A DNA stretch of 64,000 nt, taken from positions 12,828-76,827 of IMG/VR virus record IMGVR_UViG_3300044701_002822; one strand, 5' to 3'. Below, piece after piece: positions 18,599 to 28,394 of this stretch; position 1 is the first letter of the stretch, and every line of letters begins with the position of its first letter. The stretch is from a virus. Below the pieces are notes generated by a model. That model was not told the DNA's origin. It saw only the letters and a list, made by a program, of their open reading frames with translations, and ran no database searches. The translations under genes and the position numbers were made by a program.

Positions 18599-19469
18599 AG
18601 TCTTTCCTTGAAGAATAGCCAACTCTAGGACGGTCGGCAAAAAAGCAACTGGCTATCCATTTAGTACCAGACGTAATTAATGTACTCTCGTGTATAGTGC
18701 TCCAGTTTGTTGCTTCGTCGTAACATTGTTTAAAATATAAAAAACTTCCTTTTTTAGGCTTTATATCTACACCAAGCTTAGGAAAACTTGTAATACCGCC
18801 TTCAAAGTCATCATTCAAATAAAATATGCCTGTTCCAACTCTATCGCCGCCGTGCTTGTAATAATTTATTTGCTTTGGATCATACGGATAGTCATGGTGT
18901 AAATCTAAGAATTGTCCTGTTTCATAATTGTAAATATCACAGGCTTCAATATGACTAAACGGTATTTGTGCATATTGTACAATAGCACTAGCTAGTATGT
19001 CATAATGTCTAGGATCCATGCCTAAACTTATACCTCTGTTTTCTACTTGTTCAGTAACTTGAGCAAAGCTTTCTTTCCTGCTTTGGTATCCGCTATTAGG
19101 ATTCATGCTATCACGTATATGCTTTTCAACAATCGTATCACACTGCTCGTGTGTTAGTACATTTTCAAAAACAACAATACTCGGAGTTTCGTAATACTCG
19201 ACTTTTTTAACAATGGAATTTTCTTCAAAGCTGTTTTCAAAATCATAGTGTATTTTAAAATTGTTTGTATCTAATACTCTTATATCAACTCCGTAATAAC
19301 CGTACTCAGGATCTTCTTTTAAAATAAATTCAACAGTTTGATATTCAAACAATGTAGGTATATTGTGATTTACCTCATGACGTTGTGCAATTACCATTTT
19401 ACCTGTTTGTGATTTGATATAACCAAAGCCTTTGGCTTCATTGTACCATTTTACTATACCACGTTCCAT
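18591..19469 (-). CDS. Cold-shock domain fused to a prolyl-4-hydroxylase-type Fe(II)/2OG oxygenase
   Basis: N-term GIVKWYNEAKGFGYI (CSD RNP1); C-term HHD...RVGTGIFYLNDDFEGGITSFP...PKKG...HES...GTKW. Confidence 0.9.
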   Translation of the reverse strand: MERGIVKWYNEAKGFGYIKSQTGKMVIAQRHEVNHNIPTLFEYQTVEFILKEDPEYGYYGVDIRVLDTNNFKIHYDFENSFEENSIVKKVEYYETPSIVVFENVLTHEQCDTIVEKHIRDSMNPNSGYQSRKESFAQVTEQVENRGISLGMDPRHYDILASAIVQYAQIPFSHIEACDIYNYETGQFLDLHHDYPYDPKQINYYKHGGDRVGTGIFYLNDDFEGGITSFPKLGVDIKPKKGSFLYFKQCYDEATNWSTIHESTLITSGTKWIASCFFADRPRVGYSSRKDYE

Positions 19470-19472
19470 ACA

Positions 19473-20015
19473 TCACCATATGTTAAAAAGATATTTAGGC
19501 TTAAAGCCACTGTTGCCGCCGGCATGCCAACTGGTTCTTGCGGGCCATTCATACACAGATCCTTGTTCTTGATAGTACAGGCATTCTTCGTTTACTATAA
19601 ACACATGACCAAAATCTGGTTTACCTATGTGACAATGAAACCGACGTATACCTTCTACTTTTGAAAGTTGTTGTTCATCGTCATGAACGTCCCAATGCAA
19701 CGCTGCAATTCTTCCAATATTAACTCTGCTTATCCACGCCGTCTTGTAAGAATCAATACCTACAAAATTACAAAATTTATCAACTACTGCTTGATCAAAT
19801 TCGTGTCCCGGTAAAAACATATCCCATTCTACTGTGCCTCCCGAACTTGCTGTTTTTAATCCAGCCGCTTCCCACATATCAAGAATTGAATCCAGTCCCG
19901 GTAAGTTATCGCCACGCTTGTGACTAGGACCCACATAATGCGGTTGTGTGTTTTCACAATCTGCTATTACTGCATCCCAGTCTATTATATTAGAGCAGTT
20001 TCCTACATACTTCAT
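19473..20015 (-). CDS. Fe(II)/2OG oxygenase-like protein
   Basis: LHWD...RRFHCHI...WHAGGN...KYLFN. Confidence 0.75.
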   Translation of the reverse strand: MKYVGNCSNIIDWDAVIADCENTQPHYVGPSHKRGDNLPGLDSILDMWEAAGLKTASSGGTVEWDMFLPGHEFDQAVVDKFCNFVGIDSYKTAWISRVNIGRIAALHWDVHDDEQQLSKVEGIRRFHCHIGKPDFGHVFIVNEECLYYQEQGSVYEWPARTSWHAGGNSGFKPKYLFNIW

Positions 20016-20584
20016 TATCTTGGCTTTCCTAAAAAATGAAACAGGTAATGCGGTTCGAACCCAAGATTAATTCCACTATGCCAGTTTTTATAACTATCCC
20101 ATTCCCACACATCGCCCTGTGGCATGTTATAGAATGCATGTTTTTCTAAAGGAAGTATATGTCCTGTTTGTGGTTTTTGCATAAACACTACATATCTACG
20201 TAACTCGCCTTCAGCTAACCATTCTTCTTCGTGATCCTCAATATCCCAATGCCATGGAACAATTTTTCCTGGAAACACTTCACTTACAAAAACACGACGA
20301 GGATCTGCGTTAACAAAGTTTGCAATTTTTTCTTGCACGTCAATTGCAAAATGTTCACCAGGATAATAGTCAAACCATTCTATTTCTTTCATGTTGTATC
20401 CTGCATCAATCCAGTTTTTCATTAATACATGATAGTCACTTAATAGTTCTCCTTCGGCATATTCTTCAGAACGTTCTATTACACCAGAAGGAGTATTCTT
20501 GTCGCCGTGATTGCTTTCTCTGCAAATTTTTACAATACTGTTCCAATCTATAATGTCGGATGTGTTTCCGATATATTTAGGCAT
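20015..20584 (-). CDS. Fe(II)/2OG oxygenase-like protein, tandem paralog
   Basis: KYIGNxSxIIDW N-terminus shared with 19473; PWHWD...WHSGIN; start set at the ATG at 20584. Confidence 0.75.
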   Translation of the reverse strand: MPKYIGNTSDIIDWNSIVKICRESNHGDKNTPSGVIERSEEYAEGELLSDYHVLMKNWIDAGYNMKEIEWFDYYPGEHFAIDVQEKIANFVNADPRRVFVSEVFPGKIVPWHWDIEDHEEEWLAEGELRRYVVFMQKPQTGHILPLEKHAFYNMPQGDVWEWDSYKNWHSGINLGFEPHYLFHFLGKPR

Positions 20585-21254
20585 CGAATATTTCCTCATA
20601 TATGTAATTCATATTACTTTTGCCCCAAAGAACATGTGTGCTTAAACTACGTTTAAACATTTTTTCTAAATCGATTAATCCGTTATTGCGTGGTCCAGTT
20701 TCGTCTAATCTAAATCTTGCACTATCATGAACTATTGCTTCCATGTATCGTTCTTCTATGTATGGACGATCAATCGGAACAACTCCATACCAGTCTATTG
20801 CTCTCATATTACCGTGATTGTCAATGTAATGGCAATGAGGATACATTGTTAATTTATAGTAACCTGTATTATATTGATCCGTTACAATATTTTTTATCAT
20901 TTCAAACCAACGCAAATCTAGCATGAAATGTCGATATATTGTATGATTACAATTATTATTATACCACTTTATAAAAATACGTTTGCGTTGATGATCTATA
21001 TCGATAACTTCTGGTGCATAAGGTTTATTAGCAAACAGTTCTATATACTTTACTTCTTGTTCGAAAAAATAATCGCACACTTCTTTTGTGTACAAAGGTC
21101 TTTCGCCGTCTTGCCGCTGGTACTTGTTTTGCCAATCATAATTTGCACAAAACGTTTTTCCGTCTAAACTTATCAACGGTTCATACGTCTGTTGAGCCAT
21201 ACCTATATTACTGTCGTGGTATTTTAGATATGGTATCCAATTACTGATATTCAT
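20577..21254 (-). CDS. Atypical protein-kinase-like-fold protein
   Basis: EVKYIE...APEVIDID...IFIKW...GYYKLTMYPHCHY...RAIDWYG; start set at the ATG at 21254. Confidence 0.55.
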   Translation of the reverse strand: MNISNWIPYLKYHDSNIGMAQQTYEPLISLDGKTFCANYDWQNKYQRQDGERPLYTKEVCDYFFEQEVKYIELFANKPYAPEVIDIDHQRKRIFIKWYNNNCNHTIYRHFMLDLRWFEMIKNIVTDQYNTGYYKLTMYPHCHYIDNHGNMRAIDWYGVVPIDRPYIEERYMEAIVHDSARFRLDETGPRNNGLIDLEKMFKRSLSTHVLWGKSNMNYIYEEIFDA

Positions 21255-21897
21255 ATTTAAACTGCTCCGGTATTTGTTTGACACATTCGTTTATATAGAT
21301 ACTTTCCAAATCAAAGTAAACACTTGCCATACTTACTTCAAAATTATTGATTATACCACGCTTTACTGCATTGTTAAGCCACGGGCTAAGTGCATTATCA
21401 AATCTGTAACGTGCGTTTTCTCCAGATAAACGTATAAAAAAATTAACAGGATTGATCAACTTATTGTAAGGCAATAATTCTCTTACTAACAATTGTACTC
21501 TAGAATATTCTCCTGCGTTTATTGCTGTGTGTATTCTTCCTGCATCCATACGATACCATATGCCATCTTGAGTTAAGGGGTACGAAACATTATATTCAAG
21601 ATCATGTAGACTGCAATATGTGCCAGAAAGATTTAAATGATATCTATCGTCAATATCTGCATGAGCAAAATAACACTTGCCAGGTTCTAATTTTACTAAT
21701 CTTGCTTCACCTATAGGAAATGATAAAGCTTCAATTGCAGTGGCAATTGCAGTGTCTTTATATTCTGGCAATATTTCCCAAGGATCATAAAAAAAATTTC
21801 CTGTAGAACGATTCAATGCTAGTTTGCCGTCTTGAGCATACTCCGCACACACAGGCAAAATATCTTTGTAAACACTATATTCTGTTTTTTGTAACAT
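21241..21897 (-). CDS. Asp/Asn beta-hydroxylase-like Fe(II)/2OG oxygenase
   Basis: ARLVKLEPGKCYFAHADIDDRYHL...IHTAINAG...RVQL. Confidence 0.85.
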   Translation of the reverse strand: MLQKTEYSVYKDILPVCAEYAQDGKLALNRSTGNFFYDPWEILPEYKDTAIATAIEALSFPIGEARLVKLEPGKCYFAHADIDDRYHLNLSGTYCSLHDLEYNVSYPLTQDGIWYRMDAGRIHTAINAGEYSRVQLLVRELLPYNKLINPVNFFIRLSGENARYRFDNALSPWLNNAVKRGIINNFEVSMASVYFDLESIYINECVKQIPEQFKYEYQ

Positions 21898-21902
21898 ACA
21901 GA

Positions 21903-21946
21903 TATTTACCGCATTATCTTTAAGTGCGTATATAACTTGATAAGTA
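21903..21946. promoter_or_regulatory. Divergent late-type promoter pair
   Basis: Minus TAAATA (21908-21903)-N5-ATG 21897; plus TAAGTA (21941-21946)-N4-ATG 21951. Confidence 0.7.
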
Positions 21947-21950
21947 CGTT

Positions 21951-22646
21951 ATGTACATTGATGGCGTAAATATACCTCTAGAAAAATCTTGGAAGCGTAT
22001 AGGTGTAAGTTTAAGCGGCGGTGCTGACAGTGCATTGCTTGCCTATTTGTTGTTGAGAAACACCGATGCAGATTTTTATTTTACAACACAAATACGAATG
22101 TGGAAAACTAGACCATGGCAAAAATACGTTGCCAAGGATGTTGTAGGTTGGTTTACAGAAAAATTTAAAAACAAGATCTTTCATTTAGAAAATTTTGTTC
22201 CGCCGGAAATGGAAGAACCTAATACAACTTTTATTACTGACGAATACGGCAAATCTAAACCTGGAAATAGAATTATTCTTAGGGCATACAACGAATATGC
22301 TGCCCATACATATAAATTAGATGCATGGTACGCTGGTGTAAATCTAAACCCTAGTGAAATATTCAACGGTGCTCCACAAGACAGAAACAATGCTGTTATT
22401 CCTGTTCAATTAGAACACATGGGTATTCCAGTAATTCATCCTTTTGTGAATATACAAAAAGACTGGATCATACGACAGTATATAAATCAAGGTGTTGGTG
22501 AGTTGCTAGAAATTACACGCAGTTGCGAAGGTGAGTTTACAAACTTAGATTATACAAATTATAAACCTTATCAACCGGTACCTGTATGTGGAACTTGTTT
22601 TTGGTGTAAAGAAAGAGAATGGGGCATATCAAATGCACTCAAGTAA
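21951..22646 (+). CDS. QueC-like PP-loop ATP pyrophosphatase
   Basis: IGVSLSGGADS (PP-loop); PF...K..I; TRSC...CGTCFWC Zn site. Confidence 0.82.
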   Translation: MYIDGVNIPLEKSWKRIGVSLSGGADSALLAYLLLRNTDADFYFTTQIRMWKTRPWQKYVAKDVVGWFTEKFKNKIFHLENFVPPEMEEPNTTFITDEYGKSKPGNRIILRAYNEYAAHTYKLDAWYAGVNLNPSEIFNGAPQDRNNAVIPVQLEHMGIPVIHPFVNIQKDWIIRQYINQGVGELLEITRSCEGEFTNLDYTNYKPYQPVPVCGTCFWCKEREWGISNALK

Positions 22647-23898
22647 AACCTTTTGTATGCATCCTTTTACAGGACTTGCTACACGAGAAGACGGAGCAAT
22701 TAAAGTTTGCTGCCGCAGCCAACCTGTTGGATGGATACAAAACGAAAGTTTAGAATCGGCTTGGAACAACGATACTATGAAACGTATACGTCGACAGGTG
22801 CTCAACGATCAACAACCTGCAGAATGTGTTCCATGCTTTGATTTAGAAGCACAGGGTGTCGAAAGTTTAAGACAGCGGCACATACGAGATAGTTTTCCTG
22901 ATGCTCGTGTTAATTTGTACCCAAATGCATTAGATAAATTAAACGACGATTACACTATGCCATTTGAATTTCCTACAATTGAAATCAAAATTAACAATCT
23001 ATGTAACTTAAAATGTCGTATGTGCAACCCGTTAGACAGCACTCAATGGAAAGACTGGGAAAGTGTAGAAGAGTTTTATGCTGCGGAAAACAACTATCTT
23101 GTAGATGCTGTTCGTAAGCTAGGATTAACCAAGGCACCGTTTGTAGGACTGTTCGAAGATACAGCTGAGTTTTGGAACAATTTGGAAAAACTGTTGCCTT
23201 ACTTTAGACGTGTAGAATTTGCCGGTGGCGAACCGCTGATGGATCCTACACATTACAAGATATTAGATGTACTTGCACGTAACGGTAAGAACATAGAAAT
23301 AAAGTACGCTACAAACGGCACAGTGACGGGTATAAAGGGCGGAAGGACAATACACGACTATTGGCCCAAATTTAAAAGAGTAAGCGTAAACGTAAGCATA
23401 GACGGGCTGTATGACGTGTATGAATACATACGCGGCAACGGAGACTTTGAAACTGTAAAGCAGAATGTAGAAATATTTAAAAGTTTTCCTAATGTAGATT
23501 ATGTTGTAGGTGCATGTACAGTACAAGTTGGCAATATTATGCAGTTGCCCGACATCATTCCTTACTTCTTAAACGAAATGGGCATTGTGTTTTATTCTCA
23601 CAGAGTAAATTATCCTAATGTATTAAGTGCTCAAACCGTTCACCCTAAATTAAAACTTAAAGTAGTTAGACAATTAGAAATGTTAAAAGCAGAAGTGGCA
23701 AATTATCCTATAATGAATTTGCACAAAGATGTGTTGCCAGTAACACTGAGACAAATTGATGACAACATAAACTTTTTACAAGCACGTGACTTGCACAGCA
23801 AATGGACACAAACTGTAGCATTTAATCATCGCTTAGACAGTACACGCAAACAAGGACCTTTTGAAAAGGTTATACCTGAATATGCTCCGTACATTTGA
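22633..23898 (+). CDS. Radical SAM protein with N-terminal twitch domain
   Basis: FCMHPF...VCC...CVPC, then NLCNLKCRMC; AGGEP; YATN; SIDG; start set at the ATG at 22633. Confidence 0.93.
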   Translation: MHSSKTFCMHPFTGLATREDGAIKVCCRSQPVGWIQNESLESAWNNDTMKRIRRQVLNDQQPAECVPCFDLEAQGVESLRQRHIRDSFPDARVNLYPNALDKLNDDYTMPFEFPTIEIKINNLCNLKCRMCNPLDSTQWKDWESVEEFYAAENNYLVDAVRKLGLTKAPFVGLFEDTAEFWNNLEKLLPYFRRVEFAGGEPLMDPTHYKILDVLARNGKNIEIKYATNGTVTGIKGGRTIHDYWPKFKRVSVNVSIDGLYDVYEYIRGNGDFETVKQNVEIFKSFPNVDYVVGACTVQVGNIMQLPDIIPYFLNEMGIVFYSHRVNYPNVLSAQTVHPKLKLKVVRQLEMLKAEVANYPIMNLHKDVLPVTLRQIDDNINFLQARDLHSKWTQTVAFNHRLDSTRKQGPFEKVIPEYAPYI

Positions 23899-24715
23899 AA
23901 TAGAAATAGGCAATAATGCCGACAGTAGTAAAATTGAGTTTTATATCCTACAAACTGATATTGCACAACTATGGGCAAAAGAAATTGCAAAAAAATATCC
24001 ATTGTACGAAACCAACAGATTTACCAACTGGCCTAACAGTACAAAAAGCAAAGCATACTACGAATATTATCTTAAACTTCATATGAATAACATACAAGAA
24101 TACGGGCATGTTATTGATATAGAAGATTTCGATTTTCAAAATGCACTGAACGAGATGCATAAACATTTTGAAGATTTGCGTGGTCATATCGATTATCCTT
24201 CCAAATGGTACCAATCTGCACCGGCAAAAGTTAAAAACAGTGTTGATAAATTTAACGTGTTAATACACGAATATGAAAACTTGTTAGAAGAAGAAAAACA
24301 AAGTTTTCGTAATCCTACTATTGTATGCACATTTAGTGACAGGCCTAAGTTTGATTTGTTGGAAGAACATTACAAACATTTTACACATTGCTGGGAACAC
24401 GGAACTGTTTATATAAATTATTGCGAGGTAGGAAAGCCATTATTAGATGTGTTTAAGGACAAGGACGATCATGCAGAAGCAATACGTCCTCAAAGCACAT
24501 GGAGTGCAGATTTTATGATCAAGTTTGGTCCAAGTGTTACAGAATCTTTTGCTGCACACAAAGAAAAACAGTTTATAGAATGGTATAAACAAAAAGGATT
24601 TGACTTTGAACATCTTAGTTTAGGTATGATACCAGTTGCTAAAATTAAAAAACCAGTTGATTTAAACAAATATAAAAGTTATAATAGAGTTATAAATGTT
24701 ACGTGTAGAAAATAG
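23882..24715 (+). CDS. Hypothetical protein
   Basis: Long ORF coupled to its neighbours; conserved-looking LNEMHKHFE, IHEYE and YINYCEVGK motifs; start set at the ATG at 23882. Confidence 0.8.
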   Translation: MLRTFEIEIGNNADSSKIEFYILQTDIAQLWAKEIAKKYPLYETNRFTNWPNSTKSKAYYEYYLKLHMNNIQEYGHVIDIEDFDFQNALNEMHKHFEDLRGHIDYPSKWYQSAPAKVKNSVDKFNVLIHEYENLLEEEKQSFRNPTIVCTFSDRPKFDLLEEHYKHFTHCWEHGTVYINYCEVGKPLLDVFKDKDDHAEAIRPQSTWSADFMIKFGPSVTESFAAHKEKQFIEWYKQKGFDFEHLSLGMIPVAKIKKPVDLNKYKSYNRVINVTCRK

Positions 24716-25583
24716 ATGGCCGCACTATTATGATAGTTGCAAAATAGAATGGAACATAGGAAAAAGATGCAACCTTGATTGCACATATTGCCCTGCTGAA
24801 ATTCATGACAATCATAGTCAACACAGGCCTATAGAAGAATTAGAATCTGTTGCCAATACCATTTCATCTATTCCTAATGTTAGAGTTAGTTTAACCGGTG
24901 GCGAACCTTGTGTACATCCTAAATTTGAAAGTTTAATTTGGTATTTAAAAGCAAGAGTAAAATGGATTAGTGTTACAACAAATGCAACAAGAAACGGACG
25001 CTGGTACGCTAATCTTCCTGTTGATTACATAGTGTTTAGTTTACATTACGAAGATGTTAGTTGGAAAACAAGATTACTAAGCATTTTAGATTTTGATAAT
25101 TTTAAATATCAACAACAATACCATGTAAACATAATGGCACATCACGAACATATGGACAAAGTAAAAGAATCAGTTCGTGCGTTTCAAGCCCATAATGTTC
25201 CATATGCTATTCGAAGAATACGCTGGACAGAAAAACACGATTGGTTTGATGATTTAAAATATCAACCTGCTGATTTAGAGTGGATAATCAGTAACGAAGC
25301 AACAGCAGCACCAAATACATTAATCGATAACAAAGAATTAGCACACACCAACGACTTAATCAAAGAACACAAAAATAAATTTAAAGGCTGGACTTGCAGA
25401 GCCGGTATAGAAAGTCTAATGATAAATTGGGATGGCGAAGTACATAGAGCTACATGTAGAGTAGGCGGGAGTTTAGGAAACATTTATACAGGAAATTTTC
25501 AAATACCTAGTGACCCAGTAGTATGCACCAGAGAATGGTGTACTTGTGCAGCAGATGTGAACATAACAAAATGGAAGCAATAA
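24696..25583 (+). CDS. Radical SAM protein with C-terminal Cys cluster
   Basis: IEWNIGKRCNLDCTYC; TGGEP; FKGWTC...ATC...C.REWCTC. Confidence 0.92.
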   Translation: MLRVENRWPHYYDSCKIEWNIGKRCNLDCTYCPAEIHDNHSQHRPIEELESVANTISSIPNVRVSLTGGEPCVHPKFESLIWYLKARVKWISVTTNATRNGRWYANLPVDYIVFSLHYEDVSWKTRLLSILDFDNFKYQQQYHVNIMAHHEHMDKVKESVRAFQAHNVPYAIRRIRWTEKHDWFDDLKYQPADLEWIISNEATAAPNTLIDNKELAHTNDLIKEHKNKFKGWTCRAGIESLMINWDGEVHRATCRVGGSLGNIYTGNFQIPSDPVVCTREWCTCAADVNITKWKQ

Positions 25584-26605
25584 ATTTAAAAAACAACGAA
25601 CCTATGATGATTACCTGGGACACAGGTAGACGTTGTAACTTTGATTGTAGTTATTGTGATTTGTCTAGACATAATTTAACTAGTCCGCTTACATCTTTAG
25701 AAGATCTTAGAAATACATATAAGTTTATACAAGATTATACAACAATATACAATCAACCAAATGCTAATATAGCATTTACTGGTGGCGAACCAACAATTAA
25801 TCCAAACTTTTGGATCCTAATCAACGAAATAGAAAAGTACACTCTAGGATTAACTACCAATGGCACGTTTGCTCCTAAACATTTAGATACTATAAAACAA
25901 AAGTTTGTAGCAGCAACTATTAGTTGGCATGCCGAGATTGATAAAAAATTGCGAGACAGAGCTATTAACAATGCCATTGAATTACATCGTTCAGGTTTTG
26001 ATGTGCGTGTTAATGTAATGATGCACAGTGATTTATGGTTAGACTGTGTAATAGCACATGATAAACTGGTCAGCGAAGGTGTAAAAACAAATCCTGTAAT
26101 TGTAGGCGACGGACTTACTGGCAATACTGATTTTTTCAAAGACGAAACTGGTATACTAAGAAGAACCAGCCATTCTTATACTGTGGAACAGCAAGAATGG
26201 TTTTATAAAGTTAAAAATTTAGACATTCAAACAATCGATAAAATAAAAGCCGGTAATCAGCTGCCTAGAAGTTGTTGCGGTAATAGAGATCTAATGGGAA
26301 AATGCAACGGGTGCTGGTCAAATATAACTGCAATTGAAACAAACTTTAAAGGTTGGTATTGCAGTGTTAACAAATATTTCATGCATATAGAACAGCATAC
26401 AGGAAATGTTTATCATCATCAAACATGTCAAGCAACATTTCAAGGCAAAGGTCCTATCGGCAATTTAAAAAATAGTGTCGGAATATTAGAATATGCAAAA
26501 CAAAACTTACAAAATACAATTGTATGTCCTAATAATCGTTGCGGCTGCGGAATGTGTGCTCCTAAAGCACTTGATAAGATTGAATTTGATCGTTTGGTTT
26601 ATTAA
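25571..26605 (+). CDS. Radical SAM protein with C-terminal Cys cluster
   Basis: ITWDTGRRCNFDCSYC; TGGEP; RSCCG...GWYC...CPNNRCGCGMC; start set at the ATG at 25571. Confidence 0.92.
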   Translation: MEAINLKNNEPMMITWDTGRRCNFDCSYCDLSRHNLTSPLTSLEDLRNTYKFIQDYTTIYNQPNANIAFTGGEPTINPNFWILINEIEKYTLGLTTNGTFAPKHLDTIKQKFVAATISWHAEIDKKLRDRAINNAIELHRSGFDVRVNVMMHSDLWLDCVIAHDKLVSEGVKTNPVIVGDGLTGNTDFFKDETGILRRTSHSYTVEQQEWFYKVKNLDIQTIDKIKAGNQLPRSCCGNRDLMGKCNGCWSNITAIETNFKGWYCSVNKYFMHIEQHTGNVYHHQTCQATFQGKGPIGNLKNSVGILEYAKQNLQNTIVCPNNRCGCGMCAPKALDKIEFDRLVY

Positions 26606-27608
26606 ATTTATTACCGCAGGTTCTTGCACAGGTCCACAATTTGTTAATAGTCCAATACTTTTCCCAAACAGTTTGAAAACTTTTAGATTCTAGTACACTT
26701 TGAATACTGCCAGTTGTGTCGCCTAGCTCTTGCAACAGCTTTTTGTATTGTATTTTTATTGTATCTTTTGCTGGTTGTAAAGAATCATTTTTTGTATAAT
26801 AATCATATGGTATTGCTGCAAGAAAACAACAAGGCATAATGCAACGATGAGCATCTATGTACAATTCCGACTGATGTTTAGCATAGCAAGAAATTTCTGT
26901 TTCGTCTACTAGATTTTGTATTAAATTTAAATCTCGTGCATTAAAGTATTTTGTGTCAGTTAAAGTAGGCGGTTCTAAATAATATTCGGTCTTGCCATAC
27001 TTATTGTATACTGCAAAACGTTTTTCAAAGTTAAATCTACTGCTGTCTTTCACACTAAAATATTTAAACCCGTGAGTTTTGGCTAATGCTTCGGCTGCTT
27101 GTTCTTGATGCTGGTTGTGTTTAAATTTTATAAAACACCATTCTGCTATGCCGCCTGCATTTATAAACGTTTTAGCGTTATCCAATATACGATTAAAATC
27201 TGTTCCTATTCTGTACATGCTGTGAGTGTCTCCTAACCCATCGATACCAAAAACAACTCTATGAGAAGCAGGTAAGTGTTTAGGAAACGATGTCCACCAT
27301 TTGCTGTTTCTCAAACTGCCATTGGTGTGAACATCTACATGTATATTTTTATTTTTAATTAAATCAGTCATTAATTGCAGATTAATGTTTAAAAGAGGAT
27401 CGCCAAAGTTTCCACAGAAATTAATTTTTTTTAATTGGTCTGCTACCGGCAAAACAATGTTTTGAAAATCACTTAAACTCCAGTCTGCATTTTTTATTAA
27501 AGTGTTATCTAGTCCGCCATGATAGTTGCGACTGCACATAGGACATGCTGCCTGGCAACGATTTGTAATTTCTAAATGTAAACTTTTTAAATCAGCTAGT
27601 GCAAACAT
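26562..27608 (-). CDS. Radical SAM protein with C-terminal twitch-like domain
   Basis: LHLEITNRCQAACPMC; CGNFGDP; ISC...PCC...CARTC; paralog of 1..668. Confidence 0.93.
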   Translation of the reverse strand: MFALADLKSLHLEITNRCQAACPMCSRNYHGGLDNTLIKNADWSLSDFQNIVLPVADQLKKINFCGNFGDPLLNINLQLMTDLIKNKNIHVDVHTNGSLRNSKWWTSFPKHLPASHRVVFGIDGLGDTHSMYRIGTDFNRILDNAKTFINAGGIAEWCFIKFKHNQHQEQAAEALAKTHGFKYFSVKDSSRFNFEKRFAVYNKYGKTEYYLEPPTLTDTKYFNARDLNLIQNLVDETEISCYAKHQSELYIDAHRCIMPCCFLAAIPYDYYTKNDSLQPAKDTIKIQYKKLLQELGDTTGSIQSVLESKSFQTVWEKYWTINKLWTCARTCGNKFNKPNDQIQSYQVL

Positions 27609-27613
27609 ATTTC

Positions 27614-27642
27614 TATTTATATGCGTATATTATCTATAAATA
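27614..27642. promoter_or_regulatory. Back-to-back T4-like late promoters (TATAAATA on each strand)
   Basis: Minus TATAAATA (27621-27614)-N5-ATG 27608; plus TATAAATA (27635-27642)-N5-ATG 27648. Confidence 0.8.
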
Positions 27643-27647
27643 TTGTT

Positions 27648-28394
27648 ATGGAAACAGCAGACAGATTTTTTCATCAAAATAATACATTCAAATACAAGCT
27701 AAACGGATTACCTAGTTTAACAATGAACGATGAAGAAATTGCATTGTGGATACTGCAAGGCGGTGCTGGTGCATGGCTTGAATTAGATTTACATGTTGAC
27801 CATAAAAGTTTTTTTGAAGAATACAATTGTGTCAAAGACATGTTTGTTACGCACAGAGATGGAGCAACAGGCGAAGGTACGCATGACGGATGGGAAGCAT
27901 GTGCTTTGCATGGTATTGAGTGGGACAAAACCAATGTGTGGCAAACCTATGATTATGAAACAGAACCCGATTATGCATGGACCAAAGCCGGCGTCAAATG
28001 TATAGAAATACAAAAGTTTTTTAATTCTTTACCTTGCCAACAGTTAGCTAGAGTAAGATTTATGAAATTAAAAAGCAAAGGTTGGATTTCACCTCACAAC
28101 GACAAACCCGATTCGGATATAGACTGGAATATGATTTTTGAACATCCATTGCCGATTAATATTGCAATAGAGCATCCACAGGATTGTCATATGGTTGTAA
28201 AAGACAACGGAGTAGTACCATTTGTCAATGGAAAAGCGTTTCTGGTCAATATTTTTAATGAACACTCAGTAATAAATTATAGTAATAAAGACAGGATACA
28301 CGTAATTGGACATTTGTTAGTAGGTAATCGCAAAAACGAATACTGTTCAATGCTGGCCAACAGCTACAGGAAACAATATGTATTACAAGGGTAA
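27648..28394 (+). CDS. Asp/Asn beta-hydroxylase-like Fe(II)/2OG oxygenase
   Basis: RVRFMKLKSKGWISPHND...INIAI...HSVIN...RIHVI; start set at the ATG at 27648. Confidence 0.85.
   Translation: METADRFFHQNNTFKYKLNGLPSLTMNDEEIALWILQGGAGAWLELDLHVDHKSFFEEYNCVKDMFVTHRDGATGEGTHDGWEACALHGIEWDKTNVWQTYDYETEPDYAWTKAGVKCIEIQKFFNSLPCQQLARVRFMKLKSKGWISPHNDKPDSDIDWNMIFEHPLPINIAIEHPQDCHMVVKDNGVVPFVNGKAFLVNIFNEHSVINYSNKDRIHVIGHLLVGNRKNEYCSMLANSYRKQYVLQG

Noticed and set aside
21951-26605. 7-deazaguanine DNA modification cluster (QueC plus QueE-like radical SAM)
   Set aside because: No QueD, FolE or DpdA here; the radical SAM proteins carry extra Cys clusters unlike QueE; cannot be excluded for the rest of the genome
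26562-27608. Assigning specific symbols (moaA, pqqE, nirJ, btrN, strB1, queC, rfbB/gmd) to the enzymes
   Set aside because: Only family-level motifs are visible and the partner genes of those pathways are absent
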